Assembly: GCA_963836185.1 (NCBI GenBank)
Contig: CAWIIQ010000001.1
Location: 1,280,001 to 1,344,000 of the forward strand
DNA length: 64,000 bases
Direction: 5' to 3'
Origin: Candidatus Krumholzibacteriia bacterium
Lineage (GTDB): Bacteria > Krumholzibacteriota > Krumholzibacteriia > Krumholzibacteriales > Krumholzibacteriaceae
Made by a program: the position numbers and the translations under genes. The notes under the pieces are model-generated. The model was given only the letters and a program-made list of their open reading frames with translations. It had not been told where the DNA came from and made no database searches. Positions 18,419-27,915 of this stretch are shown here, piece after piece (position 1 is the first letter of the stretch; the number at the start of each line of letters is the position of its first letter).

Positions 18419-21400
18419 GTGAAGCGGGAGCTCCTAAAGGGCAAAGAGACATTCCACCTCGAGATCCCGGCCGATGAGAATAATCTCAGCGATGTCCGGG
18501 ATTTCATCGCCGAGGTCTGTTTTAAAGCCGGTTTCTCCAAGCGTGAGATGAACAATACGAAGCTCGCGATGGATGAGGCCTGCACGAATATCATCAAGCA
18601 CGCCTATCGTGACAAAGCCGGAACCATACGCATCGACGTCGAGGCGGAACCCGGCAAAGTCGAGATGAACATCTTCGACAGGGGAAAACCTTTCGACTGG
18701 TCGAAGGTGAAGGATCCCGACCTGCAGAAATATGTCGAGATCGGCAAGAAGGGCGGCCTCGGCATCTACCTGATGAACAGGTTGATGGACGACCTGGATT
18801 ATCAGACCTCGGAGGACGGAAACCGGCTCTACATGGCAAAGGTCGCGGGCAGCGAAATGTCAGAGCCCCTGTTTCTGTCCATCAAGCCGAAATGGACCGC
18901 GACTCTTCGATTCAAATTTGCGTTCAGGGCGACTCTCGGGCTTCTCGGTCTCGTATTCTTCCTCTGGGCAATACAGTATGTGAACCAGACAAGGGTCGTC
19001 AATTCCCGGACGGACGAGGCCTGGCAGTCGATGAAAAATTATGCCAGGGCGGTCGAGGGAAAGAGCGAGACGGCGATGATCAAGGACGACCTGTTCGATC
19101 CGGAGTACAGGGAACTCACCGATTTCGTGATCGAGAGGGTCGCGAAGCATCCAGCCGTTAGATACACGAAGATCGTCAACAACAGACGGGGTCATCGTCT
19201 CTTCAAGCGATGTGGAAGAGTTCATGATCGGATACCAGATCCCGCCGGGCGCCGTGACGATGGACCAGGGCGGGACGTGGGTGATAAAAAAGGATGAGGA
19301 CGGCGAAGTCACAAGGGAACTGCATTTCCCCATTTTTATAACGCGGGATGAGGCCGAGAATGTAGCGTCACTCGGTCGTGTCGTAGTCGGGGTCTCCGAG
19401 GGCGTGATAATGAACAGTGTCGACGATCCGAGGCTGAAGACAGCCCTGATCCTTATCGGCATATTCATAGTCGGGCTATCCCTGATCTACCTGCTCATCT
19501 CGGTTTTCGTAAAGCCGATACAGGCCCTGACAGACGGAGTAAGGGCGATCGGAGAAGGTGCGCTTCACGACGAGATAAAGATCGACGGGCCGGAGGAGAT
19601 CGGAGAGATCGCCAGGGCCTTCAACGAGATAACGATGAAATTCCGCGACGCACAGCAGAGCGTAGTCGAGCAGGAAAGGATGCAGAAGGAGATGCAGGTC
19701 GCCCAGGAGATCCAGCATTCGCTCCTTCCCGGGAAGGTCCCCGATGTCAGCGGGTATGACATCGCCAGCCTCTACCGCGCGGCCAAGGAAGTCGGAGGAG
19801 ACTATTACGACTTCGTAAGTGTCGATGAGGATACGCTAGGTGTAGTCGTGGCGGATGTGTCAGGCAAGGGCGTACCCGGCTCCCTCGTAATGACGATGAT
19901 CCGTACAGCTCTGAGAATGGAGGCGAGGGGAAGCCATTCTGCCGCAGACGTCATGGCGCGTATGAACGATTTTGTCACCGAGGACATGAAGAAGGGGATG
20001 TTTGTAACGATCTTCTACGTGATCCTCGATTCGAAGAACAGGGTCATCAGCTACGCGAGCGCGGGTCACAATCCCATGGTCCTGTTCCGGGCCGAGACAG
20101 ACGAGACATTTTTCCTCAATCCGCAGAGGGTTCCCTGTCGGCATCAGCCTTCCGGATGAAAGTCTTTTCCGGCGTTCGATAGACGTAGAAAAGATCAAAC
20201 TGAAAAAAGACGACATGCTCGTCATATACACAGATGGTGTGACCGAGGCGATGAACGACGCGAGGGAGCAGTATGGAGAGGATCGTCTGCTCGCCCTGAT
20301 AAAGACTTGCGGCAAGAAGTCACCCGACGAATTCATAGATCTGCTCAACGAGGATATCAGGGAATTCACAGGTGGCTATCCGCAGAACGACGATATCACT
20401 GTCGTTGCCGTGAAAGAAAAGATGATGGCCGACGACGTGCTCTTCGGGATCAGGAAGAAACTGCTCGATCTCGTGGAGGTAGAGGGTCTCACTGTGGCCG
20501 AGGCTTGCCTGCGCATGAAGGTGTCGCCGTCTACATACTACCGGTACAAGAAGCGTATGACCGAGATGGGAGACCGCGGGCTGAAAAACAAGAGCCTGCG
20601 TGAGGAGCACGAGATAAAACGGGTCAGCCTGGAGCAGAGGAAAGGCCTTCTCGAGATAATCAGAAGGGATCCGAAGTTCGGAGCGAAGCGGATAGCGACC
20701 ACATTCAATGAAGACAAGGATGAAGGTGATCTGCTGACACCGTCGTTGATCTATGATGAGCTGAAGAGGATGCGACTGAATACATACGACAAGAGACTCG
20801 AATATCTCAGGCGCAACAGGTTCATCACTGAGGAACAGTTCCAGGCGATGCTGTCCGGTGAGGAAGATCGAGGTCGTCACGGGGGACGGGGTGCCGACAG
20901 TTCCTGTCGATGAAATGCCTGTTCCCGGCGATGAACCCGGTGAGATCATTGAGCCCGCGGCCGTTGTTCCGGCGGAAACCGGACCCGTGGATACCGATGT
21001 GCCCGAGTACCAGCCTGTGACCGTCTCGAAGTTCGATGAGGATGCGGAGGAGGATGATGTAGACAAACTTCTCGCTTCGGTACTCGGAACGGATCAGGGA
21101 GAAGGCGGCCTCGTCGAGGTCCTGACGCAGGATGAAGAGACGGGAATCATCGTCGTAAGGGTAACGGGCCATCTCGATTCGAGTTCGGCTGGAGAACTCG
21201 AAGTGTTCCTCGAGAGTGTATACGAATACGGATTCTCCAAGATCGTAATGGATCTTGGAAGCGTACCTTATATCAGCAGCGGCGGATGGGGCATCTTCAC
21301 CGGACGTGTGAAGATGCTGAGGGAGAAAGAGGGCGACGTCGTTCTTGCGGGCATGTCTCCCGAGGTGTTCGATATCTACGAGCTTCTCGGTTTTCAGGAT

Positions 21401-22793
21401 ATCATCATGCATTTCCGCAACGTCGACGAAGCAGTCGATTTCATATCTCTTCCGTTCGATGTCAGGCAGGAAAGGCTCGAGCTCGTTTCCGGCAATGTCT
21501 CGGAAGGCAAGCGTCTCGAGCAGAGGATAAGCGCTGTCTCCAGGGAAGAGGAAGAGGCGGAGGAGGAAGGGGCAGTTCCGTGGTCGCCGCTGAGGATCGA
21601 AGCGGGGACGGTCGGGCAGTCTGGCGAGATCACGATACTCAATCTGATCGGGGTCATAGATACGGTCAGCTGCATGAAGCTCCGGGACATCCTGGAGAAC
21701 CTCATCGCAAAGGGTGTGAACGAAATTCGTGGTGGATATGTCCCTGGTCGAATATGTCAGCAGCGCGGGATGGGGAGTGTTCGCATCGAGGATAGATGAT
21801 GTGAGACGTGCCGAGGGTGATATAAAGATATTCGGGATGGATCCCGAAGTAGACAGCATCTTCCATCTGCTCGGATTCGATGTGATCATGCGCTCGTTCA
21901 GCATCCTGTCGGAGGCGATCGACGATTTCGAACGGAAACCGGCTCTTGCCAGCGTCGACTGTGCCGGCCACATCGACTATTGCCGTCCCGGCTAGACAAG
22001 CCGGCATCAGCTGCCGTGGACCGATGAAGAGACCGTGCAGGAGGCCGTTGCGGAAGCACCGGAGGCTGATACCAGGCAGACAGGCCCGGATATGAGCAGG
22101 CTGGAGTTCGAGGTTGTCGCAAGGAGGTCGCCCGACGGGAGATCGATGGTGCTCGATATCTCCGGGGCGATAGACGCCGCTACATCGGCTGTCTTTCGAG
22201 GACAGGCTGGAGATCGCGATCGAGGACAGCCCAGGTTCCTTGTGCTCGATCTTTCCGGAGTGATATATATAAGCAGCAGCGGCTGGGGAGTCATCGTCAA
22301 GTACATGCAGAAGACAGGGGAGCTGGGGCGGTAAGATGGCGCTTTCAGGGATGAATCAGCCGATATTCAAGATATTCAGGGACCTTGGGTTCGAGCCGCT
22401 GATACCGCACTTCATGAGCAGTGGAGCGGCTCTGGCCGAACTCTCCGCACCGGCCGCCGAATCGATCGATAGAGGAACCGGCCGCCAGGAAGTCGAGAGT
22501 CCGCCTCCCGCTGAAGAGGTCGTGAAGGAAGAGCCGGCGCAGAGTGGACGCGTTCCGGTCCGACCCGCTTCCCGAGAAGTCAGCGGGTCCCGAGCTGGAG
22601 AAAACCGGCGTCGAGCCGATAGAGCCGGCGGAAAGGGAGCAGGTCGAGACCACTCGACGTCAAACTCGACCTTTCTGAGAAGGCCGGAGAGGCTGAAGGT
22701 AAGGACGGGAAGATTCGCAAGATGGGATGGGGCGAGTACGGCAGGAAGCTTTTCGAGCGGAACAGCAAGAGGGACGGGAGGAAGAAGAAATGA
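18419..22793 (+). CDS. Multidomain partner-switching membrane protein: RsbW-like HATPase kinase, TM, extracytoplasmic domain, TM, HAMP, SpoIIE/PP2C phosphatase, tandem HTH, 3 STAS domains (~1450 aa after correcting multiple frameshifts)
   Basis: Kinase motifs 'DEACTNIIKHAY', 'DRGKPFD', 'GGLGIYLM'. HAMP 'KPIQALTDGVRAIGEG...EEIGEIARAFN'. PP2C 'VGGDYYDF', 'VADVSGKG', 'SAGHNP', 'YTDGVTEA', 'DDIT'. STAS 'YISSGGWG', 'YVSSAGWG', 'YISSSGWG'. Fragments join through +1 insertions inside domains (~19181, ~20124, ~21719, ~22327); joins in the linkers (~20863, ~21950-22020, ~22560-22670) are less certain. Final TGA overlaps the ParA ATG (ATGA). Confidence 0.75.
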
Positions 22794-23542
22794 AGAGCTT
22801 CGCGATAATGACTATGAAGGGGGGCACGGGCAAGACGACGACGGCAATAAGTCTCGCGCACGGATTGACCCTCAGCGGAAGAAAGGTGCTTCTCGTCGAC
22901 TGCGATCCGCAGCGAAATGTAGCCGTCACCTTCGGTGTCAAGGGAGAGAAGGGTCTCGACGGGCTCCTGATGACGGGCGACGTCGATATCATACAGGTAA
23001 GGGAGAACCTTTTCATCATAGACTCGGGCGGACGCCGGCTGGTCGAAGTAGAGCTGCAGCTGGGAAGACAGGAAAAACGCGAAGGAAGGATGCGGGACGC
23101 CCTGGCGCATCTGAAGGGGTGCGATTACGTTATCTGCGACTGCCCTCCCTCGATGAACCTGATAAATGTCAACGTGCTTGCTTACTGCGACGAAGTGATA
23201 GTCCCGGTAGGTATGGACTATCTTTCCGAAGTGGGGGCACGCCAGACGATGGAGATCATCGAGGAGATCAAGTGGATCACTGAAAAGAGCGCAATCGATT
23301 ACAGGATACTGCCTACATTCTACGATTCCCGCACGAGGATATCGAAGACCGTACTGAAGGACCTGAAGGAACATTTCGGTGACAGGGTTTTCAATACCGT
23401 GATCAGGATCAATACGGCGATAAAGGAAGCCCCGGGCTCAAACAAGACAATATATGAGCACGCTCCCCTGTCGAGGGGAGCGTACGATTACTACAAGCTG
23501 ACCGAAGAAGTGCTCGCTCTCGAAAAAGAGGATGAGCTCTGA
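22790..23542 (+). CDS. ParA/Soj/MinD-family ATPase (orphan; no parB adjacent)
   Basis: 'MKGGTGKTTT' deviant Walker A, 'VDCDPQ', 'DCPP', 'IRINTAIKEAP'. Start at 22790 with an upstream GGAGG and an ATGA overlap. Confidence 0.9.
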   Translation: MKSFAIMTMKGGTGKTTTAISLAHGLTLSGRKVLLVDCDPQRNVAVTFGVKGEKGLDGLLMTGDVDIIQVRENLFIIDSGGRRLVEVELQLGRQEKREGRMRDALAHLKGCDYVICDCPPSMNLINVNVLAYCDEVIVPVGMDYLSEVGARQTMEIIEEIKWITEKSAIDYRILPTFYDSRTRISKTVLKDLKEHFGDRVFNTVIRINTAIKEAPGSNKTIYEHAPLSRGAYDYYKLTEEVLALEKEDEL

Positions 23543-23612
23543 AGGCAGGCTGTTTTACTGTATTCCGCGGAGGAGATATGATACTATTCCCTCCATGCGG
23601 GAGGAGATCCTA

Positions 23613-24730
23613 TTGGACAGTTTTGAATTGAGGGAAGAGATACGTCACGGCGGGGCAAGTTATTTCCTGCAGACGAGCTATCAATCCTGAGAGCGGGCAG
23701 ATAAAGAGCGCGTTCTTCAGGGACGGAAATGTCTTTGATTCGATCGTAAGGCAGGCAGGGGATGCTGACGCCGACGAGCTCAGGGAACTCACGAAGGAGA
23801 TCCACCAGCGCAACAAGCGGAGCTTCCGGTTCATCCTCGACGCGAGAGACAACATCAGCAGATCGGACGATCCCAACCCGCATCTCAGGCTCGCCGAGAC
23901 CCTGTTGAGGAGGAATCTCTTCCGGGAGGCTGATAGCCGAGGCCGAGATGGCAGTGGAGAAGGGCGCGAAAGACTCGAGGGCATGGATGGTCACAGGCGA
24001 GGCTCTGTACATGATCGACGAGCTGGACATGGCCCTGGACGCGATCCGAAAAGGTATTGAGATCAGTCCCGATTATCCCGACCTGCACAACATCATCGGA
24101 AAGATATTTCTCAGGCAGAACATGTGCGGCATGGCGGTCGAGAGTTTCAAGAAGGCGATCAGCCTGAACATCTATTACGGAGAACCGTATCTGAACCTGA
24201 TCCGGGCATATCTGACCAACACGATAGTCAAGCAGGACTACGAGCTTTCCCGCGGGCTCGAGGAGAAATTCTCGACGAATCTCGAGAGGGCCGGTCAGCT
24301 CAATACAAACCTCAAAGACGGGATCCTCGATGAAGTAAGGGAACATTTCAAGCGGGAGCAGTATGAAGAGGCTCTGAAGCTGCTCGAAGGAATCGATACG
24401 GTCAATCCCCGAAGTCTCGTAGACGATATTATCCTCGAGCTCTATCTGATGCTCATCCAGAGCGGAGATGAGATCGAGGAGGCGGATATCGAAAAGTACC
24501 TGGAGAAGGTCGAGGAGATACTGGACCGGAATCCTACCTTCGCCGATGCCTGGAACTCGCTGGGAATCCTTTATACTGCAAAATGCAAGGTATTCATGGA
24601 TAAAGCCAGTGTAGCATTCGGGAAGGCTCTCGAGATCAACCCGGAGTATGAAAAAGCGAGGAAAAACCTGAGGCTTACGGAGAACGACCGACAAGGAATT
24701 TTTATCCTTTTAAAGGCATTATTGGACTGA
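23613..24730 (+). CDS. Cytoplasmic TPR protein with an uncharacterised N-terminal domain; apparent frameshifts at ~23682 and ~23931
   Basis: RBS GGAGGAG followed by TTG. Reading across two +1 insertions gives MDSFELREEIRHGGASYFLQTSY-NPESGQIK...LRLAETLLRRNLFREA-IAEAEMAVEKG. TPRs 'EISPDYPDLHNIIG', 'RNPTFADAWNSLG', 'ALEINPEYEKARKNL'. Confidence 0.75.
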
Positions 24731-24777
24731 AAGTTGCAGTTCAAGGACGCGAGGCAATAAAAACAGGAATCTGACGC

Positions 24778-25146
24778 ATGGACAAGCTGCTTATAAACGA
24801 AGAAAAGGTCGAGGACGTAGTCGTCCTGAAGCTACAGGGGCTGGTAGATTCCGGCACCTCTCAGCAGATGGAAGGACGGCTTAACGATCTGATCTCTGAC
24901 GGTAACGTCAAGATCGTCGTGGATCTCGACCTGGTGGATTACATAAGTTCCGCCGGATGGGGGATATTCGTAGGTGAGATAAAGGGAGTAAGAGAGAGCG
25001 ACGGCGATATCAAACTAGCCTCGATGCGTCCCGATGTTCGGGAGGTATTCGACCTGCTCGAGTTCAACACCCTGCTGACACCGTACGATTCCCGGGGGGA
25101 TGCTCTGGCAGCGTTTGAAGCGGATAAAAGAAGCGAACTGGCTTGA
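24778..25146 (+). CDS. STAS-domain anti-sigma-factor antagonist (RsbV/SpoIIAA-like)
   Basis: 'LQGLVD', 'IVVDLDLVDYISSAGWGIF', 'VREVFDLL'. Confidence 0.92.
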   Translation: MDKLLINEEKVEDVVVLKLQGLVDSGTSQQMEGRLNDLISDGNVKIVVDLDLVDYISSAGWGIFVGEIKGVRESDGDIKLASMRPDVREVFDLLEFNTLLTPYDSRGDALAAFEADKRSELA

Positions 25147-25173
25147 GCAAGGAAGCAAAGGGGAACAATACCG

Positions 25174-25575
25174 ATGAATGACATCAACATTTCTTTTTCT
25201 AAATCTGACGAGAATCCCGATGTATCGGTCATATCCGTGAAGGGATATGTCGACACCACGACCTCGACCGATCTCGAAGAGAGCCTCAAGCGACTGCTGG
25301 GCAAGGGAAGATACGACATAGTAATAGACCTGGGAGATGTGAACTATATCAGTTCCGCAGGATGGGGTATCTTCATCAGTGAGATCAAGGAGATCAGGGA
25401 AAACGGCGGGGACCTGAAGCTTGCCGCTATGATCGGCGACGTCTACGAGGTATTCGAACTGCTCGAGTTCCAGACTATCCTGGAGAGTTTTGATACTGTC
25501 GAGGAAGCTGTCACTAGCTTTGGCGAGTCTTCTCGCGGGAAAAACGGAAGCGAGGAGAACCAGATCAAGGCTTGA
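25174..25575 (+). CDS. STAS-domain anti-sigma-factor antagonist (RsbV/SpoIIAA-like), paralog of the preceding gene
   Basis: 'VKGYVD', 'IVIDLGDVNYISSAGWGIF', 'VYEVFELL'. Confidence 0.92.
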   Translation: MNDINISFSKSDENPDVSVISVKGYVDTTTSTDLEESLKRLLGKGRYDIVIDLGDVNYISSAGWGIFISEIKEIRENGGDLKLAAMIGDVYEVFELLEFQTILESFDTVEEAVTSFGESSRGKNGSEENQIKA

Positions 25576-25605
25576 TCGCTGACTCGATATAGCTGAAAAT
25601 TACAG

Positions 25606-25632
25606 ACCTCCGCCAACGGCGGAGGTTTTTTT
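25606..25632 (+). terminator. Rho-independent terminator ending the operon
   Basis: acctccgcc-aac-ggcggaggt stem-loop followed by a T-tract. Confidence 0.85.
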
Positions 25633-25690
25633 ATTATCCGGCTACGGCCATCCTCGGTTAAACTCTCCCTGTTGTATCGATGGAGGTATT

Positions 25691-27843
25691 TTGGAATCGT
25701 CGACTTGGACAATCGTAACGGATCCTGATCCCTGGAGGCTCGCTGCCGGGGCGGCTCTGGTATTGTATGCGCTCTGGGCCTATAGAAGGACCGTTCCGCC
25801 CGTTTCCCTTTCGAGACGTGCGGTCCTGGCAGCTCTCAGGGTGACCGGTTTCGCGATGCTCGTTTTCTTCGCGCTCGATCCATCGATCGTGACGAGGCGC
25901 GAATCATCACGAGAACCGGTAATTCCTGTTCTCGTCGATGTATCGAGGAGCATGAGCATCGAGGACGCCGGCGGGGAGATGAGGATATCGGAGGCACGCA
26001 GGGTGGCCGGCCGTATTTCCCGGTCGTTCGGCGGGGTGAGGGTAGAGATATTGCCGTTTGCCGCCGGCCTCCATGCGGCGGCGGTGACTCCTGACAGCAT
26101 TCCACCGGCTGACGGCGAAGGGACAGATATCTACAGCGCAGTCGCCGGAGCTGAGAGAAGATATTCCGACGATAATCTGGCGGCTTTGATAGTCATCTCC
26201 GACGGCCGGATCACCAGGGGGATGGCGGGGAGGACCGCGCCTGGCCGTGTGCCTCTCTTTGCGGTCGCCACCGGGGATACAGTCGATGGGGCCGACCTGT
26301 CCGTCGACCGGGTAGAGTACGAGAGGACCGTCTATACGGGGACGCGGGAGAGTGTAAAAGCAATCATAAGGTATTCATCCGCCGGGGGAGAACGGCGGAT
26401 GTCGAACTGATAGAGGAGGGAAGGGTCCTCGACAGATTCAGCACAGCTCCCCTGAAAGGGGACGGCCTCATAGAAGCGGAACTGCAATATGTCCCTTCCA
26501 GGGAGGGAATCCGCTCGATGGAGGTGCGTGTGGCGCCGGTTGACGGCGAGGTCACGGAAGGGAACAACAGGGAGATGTTCAGGGTAAGCGCGCTCAAGGA
26601 CCGGGTCGAGATACTCTTCTTTGACGCCAGCCCGGACTGGAACATGACATTCCTGCGCAGGATGTGTGAAGGTTCGAAGAGGCTTCACCTCGAAACGGTG
26701 TTCCCCGCGCCCGATGGAGGTCTGAGGATGCAGGGGGGCGGAAGATGGGTATTTCCTCCAGCCGCGGATGGACTCGCGAAGTATGATCTCGTCATCGCCG
26801 GGGGTGGAGGGAGTTTCCCTTCGGCAAGGGATGCTGAGACGCTGACTGGATATATAGAGGCGGGCGGTGCGGTCCTGTTTATAGCTTCAGAGAGATCTCC
26901 CCTGCTTCATCCAGGTACGGCGATGATCCTTCGTAAAGTTCTACCGGTATCAGTCTCGGGTTCCCCGCGTATTGTTACCGGCGATTTCCTCGTGAGCCAG
27001 GGGCCCGAGGGGGATACTCCATGGCTTCCCGATATGAGCGCAGGAGGCAGCGGGTCACTTCCTCCTCTTTCGGCCGTGGTCGAGGGACTGGTTCCGACCT
27101 CGGGAGCAAGGGTGCCTCTTGTTCTGACCGGCAGCGATGAGGAGATGCCTTTTCTCGTTGTCGAGCAGAAAGAGAAGGGGATATCGGCGGTCATGCTGGG
27201 TTTCCCGGTCTGGAGATGGAGGCTCGCCGGAGAGGATGGGGCCGAAGCCTGGGACGGACTTTTCGGAGGATTGATACAGTATCTCGCTGAAGGACACGCG
27301 GCTCCAGATCTGGACGTGCAGACCGACAGAACAGCTTACAGGACCGGAGAACGGCTGAGGATCACTGTCTATCCCTCGACGGGACGGGCAGGAGAGAACA
27401 TCCGGGGAGAGATATTCGCTTCGGGAACTGACGGTGTCCCGGTCGAGACTTTCATCCCTGAACCCGATCCGGACATACCCGGGGCATGGTTTGCCGAAAC
27501 GGGGACGTTGCCCCCGGGCGACTACTCGATCAGGGTCAGGTCGGGCGAGGGCGCTGCTCCCATGGCGGAGGGAAGCACGTCGTTCGCCGTAGAACCTCTC
27601 TCCGTGGAGATGCTGAGGACCTCCGCCGATACGCACCTCCTCGGGAGGTTGGCTTCGGCTGCAGGAGGCCGCCTCGTCGACCCGGGGGAGGTGGAGAATA
27701 TCGCCGGCATGATCGATCTCAAAGATGATACGGTGGTATCGACATCTGTCCGGAAGATCAGGGGCAAGGTATGGTTCTTCGTTCTGATCATCCTCGTTTT
27801 CGCCGCCGAATGGCTGCTGCGAAAGATCCTCGGCCTGGTCTAG
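25691..27843 (+). CDS. Membrane-anchored vWA-domain protein with Ig-like and glutamine-amidotransferase-like regions; apparent frameshift at ~26390
   Basis: Two N-terminal TM helices. MIDAS-like 'VDVSRSM', 'GTDI', 'VISDG'. 'E.TEGNN' and 'WRWRL' motifs. C-terminal TM 'EWLLRKILGL'. The reading frame continues across one indel. Confidence 0.7.
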
Positions 27844-27915
27844 GCCGGGATAATCCGAAAATCCTTGATATAGCCGCTGCCCGGGAGTAAACTTCCTGTC
27901 GGAAGACAGGGAGGT

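Noticed and set aside
20440-20825. Insertion sequence inside the signalling gene
   Set aside because: Only an HTH region, fused in frame. No DDE catalytic domain, terminal inverted repeats or target duplication seen
22336-23283. 315-aa ORF overlapping ParA, and the ParA start at 22727
   Set aside because: Only the first part is the end of STAS3 plus linker; the rest is out-of-frame read-through. ParA homology begins at ATG 22790
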